A DNA stretch of 26,278 bases from NCBI GenBank assembly GCA_038213805.1, contig JBBQSO010000074.1:1-26278 (forward strand), in the 5' to 3' direction. Under the pieces are notes generated by a model. That model made no database searches and was not told where the DNA came from. It saw nothing but the letters and a program-made list of their open reading frames with translations. Source of the DNA: Planctomycetota bacterium. Lineage in GTDB: Bacteria; Planctomycetota; UBA11346. Below, piece after piece: positions 9,601 to 17,032 of the stretch; position 1 is the stretch's first letter; every line of letters begins with the position of its first letter. Position numbers and translations under genes: made by a program.

Positions 9601-9647
9601 TGGTCGCCGCGCAGGCGCGCGGCGTGGCGCTGCCGCTGACTCCGTGA
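6630..9647 (+). CDS. Large membrane-anchored TPR-like hypothetical protein (1005 aa)
   Basis: GGAG precedes the ATG; genome-like codon usage. N-terminal SINGCGLGMYG...LFVPV domain, TM WNLLLVVGIAASVAWA, then helical repeats (LAQVYYWLGKPGDGRALL; KAFALEPGDSILLKN). Confidence 0.75.
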   Translation: MDREELRLRFPAMRPLAKAPTLMSINGCGLGMYGKREFDRETGTYIKTRSLCVLFVPVLAVDAFRVADASAGWYFLGKESLSPFAKAWNLLLVVGIAASVAWAQYDDYRSSPAYRDHEAFVAAQASAGAGDLPAAAKGYADLMAGGPSTEEAHAALAALIAGSLDGLPPKQGLAVLGTVADVRAAQREPDLGDATLAAHARTLTTHARTADPRTAIGLIDLTRHLIAPKAARVAKGAKSAKSAQNQGAVENPAAAPEDLALAADRVTLLTAYAALAPEDPWPAIELAILADERGDEQRCQELLEPHAKRLGATEGARILGSRYAALGRIDDSFPLLDAYTGAGLKKLHAAEAAWENAYKQSSDRALAALRGDEAGADWYARYEHLDKAHQQEAVDAWISARVAADTGLEHFRSALAAAAVIVPTAMDLGIVTLQRAQGQADPAAKKKDLEAAERTFLAIRGVAGDSDRYRESLAQVYYWLGKPGDGRALLDQMLVDHKRDGEGLLRAAGILRLVGAESESRTLSEEAYANAGNTDQKYAAATLRSVTFTDIDDEIVWLSRCDQAQPRVVAGLAELRGRKAAEAGHDAEAAVLLRQAVDAWAKLPEDASTLNNGALAVLALFETTGERTLLERGTTMLGKAFALEPGDSILLKNQADIVLQGMLMDVIGTRLDQVRLHRFGEFGMLRFLYNDEAGRVALMATLAKHPDLPRVLGLYEKLVVIRAKQRSCWSPLIHLRLLARDIPAARTLLQRLAQVELDHGDAAAKAKADASGANDVAQREDNTRALIRPEQVIKELGRAGGATFAFAVDVRTDLLVDLAACGGPALTDDVVAHCDQAYAAAPSVGSRHALSHALLGRCAAALAARDPAAAALIARLQRIVSPSALLPVLLDLDHGRAAGVLADADFTRACALRSEDAAAFPSAPSGWTWALLRWTSADQGAALAARIRGDDYWPVSEGIDLLMSPWSTNTTLDAWWLQRARGDQDAAHALLVAAQARGVALPLTP

Positions 9648-9694
9648 CGCTTCTCGCTTCTCGCTTCTCGCTTCTCGCTTCTCGCTTCTCGCTT
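9648..9694. repeat. Heptamer tandem repeat (CGCTTCT)x6 + CGCTT
   Basis: Perfect repeat starting immediately after the TGA at 9645-9647, between convergent genes. Confidence 0.97.
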
Positions 9695-9751
9695 AAGCGC
9701 GCGACATGCCGTCCCTGAACATCCCGTCAACCCCCGTCGTCGCCGCGAAGT

Positions 9752-11317
9752 TCACGGTTTCGGCAGCGTGATCGCGATCACCCGCGCGCCGTTGCCATCC
9801 AGGGCGCAGGCGACGATGCGGTGGTGGTTGGTGTCCGCGACATAGATGGTGCCGGCGGCGATCGACAGACCGCCGGGCTCGAACAGCCCGTCTGGGGCGG
9901 GCAGGCCCGGCAGCGCCAGGGTGGCGACCTCGCCGCTGAGGGGATCGACGGTGCGCAGGCGCTGGTTGTAGGTGTCGGCGACCACCAGCAGCGGGCCCTT
10001 GGGACCGCTACCCAGGGCCACGCCGAGCGGATGCTGGAAGCGCGCATCGCCGCTGTGGCCGTCGACCAGCCCGAAGCCGAACAGGTCGCCGGAACCGGCG
10101 AGCGTACGCGTGCGCCCATCGGCGGTGAGGTCGACGGCGCGCACGCTGCTGACCTCGCTGTCGGCGACGTAGACCGCGCTGTCGCCAGCGGCCAGACCGC
10201 TGGGCTGGGCGAAAGCTGCGGTGCGCTGCGGACCGTCGGTGCAGGTTTCGCGCCCGCTGCCGGCATGAACGCCGATGGTCTGAGCCGCCAGGTCGTAGCG
10301 CCAGATCTGGTGGTGGCCGGCCATGGCGATGAACAGCTGCGTGCCGACGCGCACCACGTCCCACGGGCTGTTCAGGCGCGCGTCCTTGGCCGGCCCCTGG
10401 TAATTCCGGTCGTTGCCCTGCTCGCCGTTGCCGGCCAGGGTGTGGACAGCGCGCGTGGCGAGATCGACCGCGCGCAGCGCGTGGTTCTGGCGGTCGCAGA
10501 CGAACAGCGTCCGCCCGTCCTCGGACAGGGCCAGGCCTTGCGGCTCGTTGAATGCGGCCGCTGAGCCGACGCCGTCGACGAGTTCGGGATGGCCGGAGCC
10601 GAGCACCGCCGTGACCGCACCATCCAGCCCCGCGACCACGACGCGGTGGTGGGCGGTGTCGGCGATGAACAGGCGCTTGCCGACGGCATCGGCCAGGATC
10701 TTGCCCGGGAAGGCCAGCACGCCATCCGCGGCGGCGTCGTGCTCGGGCGTGAAGCGCAGCGGCGCCTTGGCGAGCGAGCCGTCGGCCTGGCCGGCGGCGA
10801 TGGCCTTGGCGATGGCCGCGTCCATCTCGGCGCGGTGACCCTCGCCGGCCCAGGCAGCGGCGATGTTGCCGTGGGTGTCAAGCAGCGCGAGCGTCGGCCA
10901 GCTGCGCACGCCCAGGCGGTTCCAGATCGCAAAGTCGCTGTCGACCGCGACCGGGTGCTCGAGGTGGTTGCGCAGCACCGCCGCGCGGATGTTGGCGAGG
11001 TCCTTCTCCTGGTCGAACTTGCCGGAGTGGACGCCGACCACCACCAGCGGCTGGTCGTGGTACTTGGCCTCCAGCGCCTTGAGGTCGGGCATGACGTGCA
11101 TGCAGTTGATGCAGCAGTAGGTCCAGAAATCGATCAGCACCACCTGGCCGGCGAGTTTGTCCGTGGTCAGCGGCGCATCGGTGTTGAGCCAGCCGCGCGC
11201 ACCCGCGAACAGCTCACCCGCGCGCCGCGCGCCATCGTCGGCGGTCTCGGCGCCAGTCAGGCCACCCACGACCAGGAGCAGGGCCAGTGCGGCACGGGCG
11301 AGGGGACGATGGGACAT
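9752..11317 (-). CDS. Exported thioredoxin-like + NHL-repeat beta-propeller protein (NHLRC2/SOQ1-like)
   Basis: DFWTYCCINCMH, VGVHSGKF, WPTL; NHL repeats (LAFPGK, FNEPQGL, LNSPWDV, FAQPSGL, FQHPLGV, LFEPGGL, VADTNHHRI); signal peptide; GGAGG RBS. Confidence 0.9.
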   Translation of the reverse strand: MSHRPLARAALALLLVVGGLTGAETADDGARRAGELFAGARGWLNTDAPLTTDKLAGQVVLIDFWTYCCINCMHVMPDLKALEAKYHDQPLVVVGVHSGKFDQEKDLANIRAAVLRNHLEHPVAVDSDFAIWNRLGVRSWPTLALLDTHGNIAAAWAGEGHRAEMDAAIAKAIAAGQADGSLAKAPLRFTPEHDAAADGVLAFPGKILADAVGKRLFIADTAHHRVVVAGLDGAVTAVLGSGHPELVDGVGSAAAFNEPQGLALSEDGRTLFVCDRQNHALRAVDLATRAVHTLAGNGEQGNDRNYQGPAKDARLNSPWDVVRVGTQLFIAMAGHHQIWRYDLAAQTIGVHAGSGRETCTDGPQRTAAFAQPSGLAAGDSAVYVADSEVSSVRAVDLTADGRTRTLAGSGDLFGFGLVDGHSGDARFQHPLGVALGSGPKGPLLVVADTYNQRLRTVDPLSGEVATLALPGLPAPDGLFEPGGLSIAAGTIYVADTNHHRIVACALDGNGARVIAITLPKP

Positions 11318-11508
11318 GGCGACCTCCGGCCATATGGCCTACCCGGAACTACGTCGCCCGCCACCCACCGTTGGGCGTGACAGCCCCACCCCACCCGGCA
11401 CATCAGGTCTCCGGTATGCCCCCTGACGCCTGTCTGGCTCCCGCACCTTCGTCAGTCGCCGTTTTCGCCAAGCCCGCTACGCTGCGCATCCTCCGCTGGA
11501 CGTCCCCC

Positions 11509-12624
11509 ATGCCTTTCGCCCCCATCCCGCCCGTCCTCGAAGCCCTGCGCCGCGGGGAGATGGTCATCCTGGTCGATGACGAGGACCGCGAGAACGAGGG
11601 CGACCTGGTGATGGCGGCCGAATTCGCCGACGCCAAGGCGATCGCCTTCATGGCCACGCGTGGCTGCGGTCTGATCTGCCTGAGCATGGAAGGGACCCTG
11701 CTCGACCGCCTTGGCCTGCCGCTGATGACGCGCAACAACCGCTCGCGCCTGGCCACCGCCTTCACGCTCTCGATCGAGGCGCGCGAGGGCGTCACCACCG
11801 GCATCAGCGCCGCCGACCGCGCGCGCACCATCCAGGCGGCGATCGCCCCGAACGCGCGGCCCGAGGACCTGGTCTCGCCCGGCCACGTCTTTCCGCTGCG
11901 CGCGCGCGACGGCGGCGTGCTGGTGCGCGCCGGCCACAGCGAGGCCTCGGTCGATCTGGCGCGCCTCGCCAAGCTGACCCCGGCCGCGGTGATCTGCGAG
12001 ATCATGAAGGGCGACGGCACCATGGCGCGTCTGCCCGACCTGGTCGCCTTCTCACAGGAGCACGACTTGCTGCTGGCGTCGATCGCCGACCTCATCGCCT
12101 GGCGCGAGGAGCGCGAGAGCCTGGTCGAACTCGCCGCGCAAGCCTCGGTCGACACCCCGGCCGGGCGCTGCCGCGCCTACACCTACCGCAGTACGCTGAG
12201 CGGCGACCACCATCTCGCGGTGGTGGTCGGCGACCGCCTCGGCCCCGAGCGCGCGGTCGAGGAGCCGGTGCTGGTGCGGGTGCAGAAGGAGTGCGTGCTC
12301 GACGATCTGCTGAATGGCGACAGCCCCGGCGGGGCGCGCGCCAGCCTGCGCCAGATCGGCGCGGCCGGCGAGGGCATCTACCTGCACATGCGCGACGGTC
12401 ATGGCCGTACCCTGCCCAACCATCTGGTGCGCCTGGGCGGCATCGACCACCGCCCCGGCTCCGAGCCCGATCCCGGCATGGATCCGCGCGATTACGGCAT
12501 CGGCGCGCAGATCTTGCACCACCTGGGCGTGCGGCGGATGCGCCTGATCACCGCCAGCGACCGCCACATCAGTGCCCTGTCCGGACATGGGCTGGAGCTG
12601 GTTGAGCGGGTGAAGCCGACCTGA
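11509..12624 (+). CDS. ribB: 3,4-dihydroxy-2-butanone-4-phosphate synthase fused to a degenerate GTP cyclohydrolase II-like domain (RibBX-type)
   Basis: DDEDRENEGDL, GLICL, TTGISAADRA, PGHVFPL, RAGHSEA, ICEIM. The C-terminal domain keeps RDYGIGAQIL..LGV but lacks RCDC and QEGRG. Start placed at ATG 11509, where the RibB-like sequence begins. Confidence 0.9.
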   Translation: MPFAPIPPVLEALRRGEMVILVDDEDRENEGDLVMAAEFADAKAIAFMATRGCGLICLSMEGTLLDRLGLPLMTRNNRSRLATAFTLSIEAREGVTTGISAADRARTIQAAIAPNARPEDLVSPGHVFPLRARDGGVLVRAGHSEASVDLARLAKLTPAAVICEIMKGDGTMARLPDLVAFSQEHDLLLASIADLIAWREERESLVELAAQASVDTPAGRCRAYTYRSTLSGDHHLAVVVGDRLGPERAVEEPVLVRVQKECVLDDLLNGDSPGGARASLRQIGAAGEGIYLHMRDGHGRTLPNHLVRLGGIDHRPGSEPDPGMDPRDYGIGAQILHHLGVRRMRLITASDRHISALSGHGLELVERVKPT

Positions 12625-12898
12625 GCGGGATTGTGCGGTCGATTGTGCGACTGCGGTCTCTCGGTCGTGCCAGCGGCGAAGAGGAGGCCTCACACAGAGC
12701 TTCCGCGCTCCTGCGGCGGCACTGGGAAGAGGCAGAAGCAGATCCCGCATGGCGCGAGATGTAAAGTCGTAATCATTTGACTATATTGATCTTGTAACTG
12801 TCATCGCGATTCGCAAACAGCCCGCCGCAGCTGCCCCATATCTCGCTGGCTCCCTGCGTTCGGGGCCTACGCTGCGCCCTTCGCTAGAAGGACAGGCC

Positions 12899-13255
12899 AT
12901 GCTCCGTGAAATGCTCCAGGGCAAGCTCCACCAGGCGGCGGTCACCGACTGCCAGCTCGACTATCCGGGTAGCCTGACCGTCGACATCGACCTGATCGAG
13001 CGCGCCGGGATGCTGGTCAACCAGCGCATCCAGCTGCTGAACTGCAACAACGGCTCGCGGCTTGAGACCTATCTGATCCCCGGCGAGCGCGGCAAGCGCG
13101 ACATCATCGTCAACGGCGCTGCCGCCCGTCACGCCTACAAGGGCGACCGCGTGATCATCGTGGCCTACGCGATCTATACCGAGGACGAGCTCAAGACCCA
13201 CCGCCCGACCGTGCTGGCGCTCAACGCCCGCAACGAGGTGATCGCGACGCATTGA
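12899..13255 (+). CDS. panD: Aspartate 1-decarboxylase
   Basis: K9-L-H, G24-S25 self-cleavage site (YPGSLTVD), NGSRLETY, NGAAAR, GDRVII; AAGGA RBS. Confidence 0.95.
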   Translation: MLREMLQGKLHQAAVTDCQLDYPGSLTVDIDLIERAGMLVNQRIQLLNCNNGSRLETYLIPGERGKRDIIVNGAAARHAYKGDRVIIVAYAIYTEDELKTHRPTVLALNARNEVIATH

Positions 13256-13412
13256 GCCGGTGTCTTCCGCCATGTCGGGCATTCCGCACAGCCTCCGCGC
13301 GGTGCCTGATACCGTGCCGGCGATGACCACACAGCCCCCCTCGCCGCACGGCGCGCCGGTTGTGGACGATGGTGCCCCGGCTACTGTCAGCTCCGCTTCC
13401 AGGAGACCTCCG

Positions 13413-14594
13413 ATGCCCCCGTCATCTCGCCGCACCGCAGCGACCCGCCCGGCCCCCCGGCGCTCGCCCGTCTCGGAAGGGCTCGAAGCGAAGGTCCCGG
13501 ATCCGCACGAGGAGCTGCTTGACGATGGCGGCGCGCCGGCGGCCAATACGCGCAGCTCGCGGCGCCTGACCGCGACCTCGGCCAAAGTGCCGGTGACGCG
13601 CGGTTCGCGCCCGCTGACCGCGGCCGAGCAGGAGCAGAAGAAAGCCAACTTCCGCTGGGGCATGAAGGTCGCCGTGCTGCTGATGGTGCTGATCGCCGCC
13701 GGCGCCGCCGCCTTCTGGTTCTTCGGCAAGGAGGACCCCCGCCAGCGCGCCGCCACCGCCGCCCTCGCCGATGGCAACGCCAACCTCAACGCCGTCGAGC
13801 AGGCGCTGAGGAACCGCCAGCCCGACCGCGCCCGCGCCGCGGTCTCGGCCGGCAAGAAGGCCATTGAGATCCCCGCGCTCGGCAACGCCGCGGCGCCCGA
13901 TCCCAAGGATCCCAACCTGGCCGGCGTGCCGTACGGCCAGAGCGCCTTCGAGCTCGAGCAGAAGTTCAACGGCTACAGCGAGGCGATCGCCAAGCTGGAG
14001 CGCGACATCAAGGCCGCGAGCAGCAAGCAGCGCGTCATCGACGGCTTTGGCAAACTGCTCGAGTACTCGGACGAGGACCTCGACAAGTTCACCAAGCAGG
14101 TGGGCGACTTCCTCGCCAACCCGGTCGAGCCCGAGGCCGGCCCGCGTCCCGACTACGCCGCCGACTACCCCGGCCTGATCATCGACGTGCAGACCCAGGT
14201 CGCGAAGATCGATGCCGAGAAGGCGCGCCGCAAGGACGCCGTGACCAAGGACCAGGAGGAGAAGGCCCACGGCGAGGCCGAGGTGCTGGTCAAGAGCGAG
14301 CGCTTCAAGGATGCCCTCGACAAGCTCGACGAGTACACCAAGAAGTACGAGAAGGCCGATTTCGCCAGCATCCGCACCTACATCACGGATGCCGCCACGC
14401 TCTCGTGGAATCAGGCCAAGGCGCGCGTCGCAAGCCTGATGGTCGACTACAACGCGCCCGGCACCGCACCGCCCGTCGCCGCGGCCGCGCTGGTCGCCGC
14501 CCGCAAGCGCCTCGGCGAGGTCATCGAACGCTTCGGCGTCGAGACCATCGTCACCGAGGCCAAGGACGCGCTGGGCAAGCTGCCGGATAAGTGA
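13413..14594 (+). CDS. Hypothetical single-pass membrane protein with disordered basic N-terminus and helical C-terminal region
   Basis: Strong GC3-biased codon usage; AGGAG at 13401-13405 supports ATG 13413 (upstream starts are possible); TM VAVLLMVLIAAGAAAFWFF. Confidence 0.75.
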   Translation: MPPSSRRTAATRPAPRRSPVSEGLEAKVPDPHEELLDDGGAPAANTRSSRRLTATSAKVPVTRGSRPLTAAEQEQKKANFRWGMKVAVLLMVLIAAGAAAFWFFGKEDPRQRAATAALADGNANLNAVEQALRNRQPDRARAAVSAGKKAIEIPALGNAAAPDPKDPNLAGVPYGQSAFELEQKFNGYSEAIAKLERDIKAASSKQRVIDGFGKLLEYSDEDLDKFTKQVGDFLANPVEPEAGPRPDYAADYPGLIIDVQTQVAKIDAEKARRKDAVTKDQEEKAHGEAEVLVKSERFKDALDKLDEYTKKYEKADFASIRTYITDAATLSWNQAKARVASLMVDYNAPGTAPPVAAAALVAARKRLGEVIERFGVETIVTEAKDALGKLPDK

Positions 14595-14634
14595 GCGCGG
14601 CGTCCGGTCGTCCATCGGACCGGACAGCCGATCG

Positions 14635-14818
14635 AACAGGAGGCGCGGAGACGCAGAGGCCGGAGGAGGACAGCCTGCGAGTCTGAATGGCTGAGATCGG
14701 ACTCAGCCCTCCGCGCCGTCGCCTCGTCTTCTCCGCCGGACATGCCCGAACCGCTGCGAGGCGGACGAGACCAGCCCACCTCGCCTCCTCCTACCTCCGC
14801 GCCTCCGCGTCTCCTGTT
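14635..14818. repeat. 184-bp element bounded by 35-bp imperfect inverted repeats (MITE/REP-like)
   Basis: 14635-14669 AACAGGAGGCGCGGAGACGCAGAGGCCGGAGGAGG versus the reverse complement of 14784-14818, AACAGGAGACGCGGAGGCGCGGAGGTAGGAGGAGG: 30/35 identical. Confidence 0.8.
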
Positions 14819-15864
14819 TTATCCTCTCCGCATCCCTCGACGACCGCGAGCTCGCGCTTGCGCAGCTGGCCGCAGGCGGCGTCGATGTCGGCGCCGCGCT
14901 GGCCGCGCACCGTGGGGTGGCCGCCAAGGTGCTCGACCAGGGCCGAGAAGATCTCGACCTGGTCCCAGTTCGGGCGGCGGTGCGGGCTGCCCTCGACCGG
15001 GTTGAAGGGCATCAGGTTGATATGTGCGCCGTAGCGGCGGCCGATCTCGGCGAGGCGCTCGGCGTGCGCGTCGCTCATGTTGTCGCCCTCGAGCAGCACG
15101 TACTCCAGGGTCATGCGCCGGTTGACCAGGCGGCTGTAGTCGTCCATCGCCGCGAGCAGTTCGCTGAGCGGCCAGCGCCGGTTGATCGGCACGATGCGGT
15201 CGCGGGTCTCGTCGTCGGCGGCGTGCAGGCTCAGCGCCAGGGTGATCTGCGGTTCGTCGACGGCGAGCTGGCGGATGCGCTTGGGCACGCCCGAGGTCGA
15301 GACCGTGAAGCGCCGGCGGCCCAGGCCAAGGCCCTTGGGCTCGGCGAGCACGGCGATGGCGGCGAGCACGTTGTCGTAGTTGAACAGCGGCTCGCCCGAG
15401 CCCATGAACACCACGTTGGTGACCGGGCGGCGCTGGTGGTGGAACCACACCTGGTAGACGATCTCGCCGACCGTCAGATCGCGCTCGACGCCGTTCTGTC
15501 CAGAGGCGCAGAAGGTGCAGCCCACCGCGCAGCCGACCTGGCTGGACACGCACACCGTGTGGCGGTCGCTGGTCGGGATCGACACGCACTCGACGAGTTT
15601 GCCGTCGTGCAGCTTGAGCAGCGATTTCACCGTACCGTCGCGACTTTCCTGACGGCGATGCTCGCCGGCCGGCAGCAGCGCGTACTCGCCATCAAGGCGC
15701 GCCGCCAGGTCGCGCGGCAGGCCCTTGAGGTCGGCGAAGCGCGCGACACCCGCGCGGTACAGACCCTCGAAAAGCTGCGCACCGCGGAACGCGGGCAGAC
15801 CGAGCCCCTCCGCCCAGACGCGGGTCTGGTCGAGGGTCATGCCGTAGAAGTCGGGGCCGGACAT
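14791..15864 (-). CDS. rlmN: Dual-specificity 23S rRNA A2503 / tRNA A37 C2-methyltransferase RlmN (radical SAM)
   Basis: SRDGTVK, TVCVSSQVGCAVGCTFCASG (CxxxCxxC), FMGSGEPL.N, TVSTSG, LALSLHA, EYVLL, INLMPFNP, RGADIDAACGQL. Start 15864 or 15873. Confidence 0.93.
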   Translation of the reverse strand: MSGPDFYGMTLDQTRVWAEGLGLPAFRGAQLFEGLYRAGVARFADLKGLPRDLAARLDGEYALLPAGEHRRQESRDGTVKSLLKLHDGKLVECVSIPTSDRHTVCVSSQVGCAVGCTFCASGQNGVERDLTVGEIVYQVWFHHQRRPVTNVVFMGSGEPLFNYDNVLAAIAVLAEPKGLGLGRRRFTVSTSGVPKRIRQLAVDEPQITLALSLHAADDETRDRIVPINRRWPLSELLAAMDDYSRLVNRRMTLEYVLLEGDNMSDAHAERLAEIGRRYGAHINLMPFNPVEGSPHRRPNWDQVEIFSALVEHLGGHPTVRGQRGADIDAACGQLRKRELAVVEGCGEDKTGDAEARR

Positions 15865-15991
15865 GCGCGGCATGCTAGATCGCCGTGGCGGGATGCACGG
15901 GGCGGTTGGGCGGAGGCGAACGGGGGACCGGAGGCGCGCCCTGGCATTGCTGAAGCGCGGCCCGACTGGTACGTCTCACGCGGAGACCGCG

Positions 15992-16324
15992 ATGAAACCC
16001 TTCGCCCCCGGCGCTGTCGCCAGCCTCGTATTCGGCATCCTCGCGCTCGTCCTGGGCAGCGTGCCGCTGCTCGGCCTGGGACTCGGCATCACCGCGATCG
16101 TGCTGGCGGTGCGTGCGCGCCGCGCGGTGGCCGTCGCGCCCGAATCCCTGCTCGGCGCGGAACTCGCGACCGCCGGACTGGTGTGCGGCATCATCGGCAG
16201 CGTGCTGTCGGCGCTTGCGACCCTTGCGCTGTTCCTCTTCCTGGCTGTCATCGCCTCGGTGATCGCCGCCGCTGCTGGCGCGGCCGCGCTGCCCGCGCAC
16301 GGCGTCCCGCTGCCCATGCTCTGA
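15992..16324 (+). CDS. Small membrane protein, DUF4190-like
   Basis: AVASLVFGIL...GITAIVL..RARR......G..LATAGLVCGIIG pattern typical of DUF4190; GGAG RBS before ATG 15992. Confidence 0.7.
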   Translation: MKPFAPGAVASLVFGILALVLGSVPLLGLGLGITAIVLAVRARRAVAVAPESLLGAELATAGLVCGIIGSVLSALATLALFLFLAVIASVIAAAAGAAALPAHGVPLPML

Positions 16325-16330
16325 ACCCGC

Positions 16331-17032
16331 ATGCCCGGCCCGGACCGCATCCTGGTGGTCGAGGACGAGCCGGCGATCGCCGACAGCCTAGTCTACGCGC
16401 TCACCAGCGAGGGCTTCCAGGTCGAGGCGGTCACCACCCTCGGTGCGGCGCGCGCGGCGCTGACCCGCGCCGCGGTGCGGCTGGTGGTGCTCGATGTCGG
16501 TCTGCCCGACGGCAGCGGTTTCGACTTCTGCCGCGAGCTGCGCCGCAGCACTGCGGTACCGGTGCTGTTCCTGACTGCGCGCGGCGGCGAAATCGACCGC
16601 GTCGTCGGCCTGGAGCTGGGTGCGGACGACTACGTGGTCAAGCCGTTCAGCCCGCGCGAGGTGGCGGCGCGCGTGCGCGCCATCCTGCGCCGCACGTCGC
16701 CGGGAGCCGCCGTCGCGGCCGACGCCACGACGCCGCTGATGATCGACGCCGAACGCCACCAGGCGACCTTCTACGGCCGCCCGCTTGAGCTCTCGCGCCA
16801 CCAGTTCCGCCTGCTGGTGGTGCTGGCCGGCGCGCCCGGGCGGGTGTTCAGCCGCAGCCAGCTGCTCGATCTCGCCTGGGACGATCCGACCGCGGCCTTC
16901 GACCGCACCGTCGACAGCCATATCAAGGCGCTGCGTGCCGCCCTGCGCAGCGTCCATCCTGCGGTCGAACCGATCACCACGGTGCGCGGCGAGGGCTACG
17001 CCCTGGCCGAGAGCTGGCCCCCGCCGCCATGA
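16331..17032 (+). CDS. creB: OmpR-family response regulator, CreB-like
   Basis: ILVVEDEPAIAD.L.YAL..EGF, LDVGLPD.SGF, FLTAR..EIDRVVGLELGADDYVVKPFSPREV.ARVR, winged helix DRTVDSHIKALR...I.TVRG.GY; adjacent to a CreC-like kinase. Confidence 0.8.
   Translation: MPGPDRILVVEDEPAIADSLVYALTSEGFQVEAVTTLGAARAALTRAAVRLVVLDVGLPDGSGFDFCRELRRSTAVPVLFLTARGGEIDRVVGLELGADDYVVKPFSPREVAARVRAILRRTSPGAAVAADATTPLMIDAERHQATFYGRPLELSRHQFRLLVVLAGAPGRVFSRSQLLDLAWDDPTAAFDRTVDSHIKALRAALRSVHPAVEPITTVRGEGYALAESWPPPP

Noticed and set aside
9648..9694. CRISPR array
   Set aside because: The repeats are contiguous 7-mers without spacers, and there are no cas genes in the window.
11318..11508. FMN riboswitch upstream of ribB
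   Set aside because: No RFN consensus segments (e.g. GGGCGGGGTGAAATTCCC, AGCCCGCGA...GATGGGAGA) are seen.
12717..12735. GGCACTGGGAAG, reminiscent of the cobalamin riboswitch B12 box
   Set aside because: The other conserved elements of the riboswitch are not visible, and panD is not a typical B12-regulated gene.
15391..15410. MGSGEP instead of MGMGEP in RlmN as a sign of Cfr-like or altered activity
   Set aside because: Both catalytic cysteines and the CxxxCxxC motif are RlmN-like, and I recall this Ser variant in ordinary RlmN proteins.
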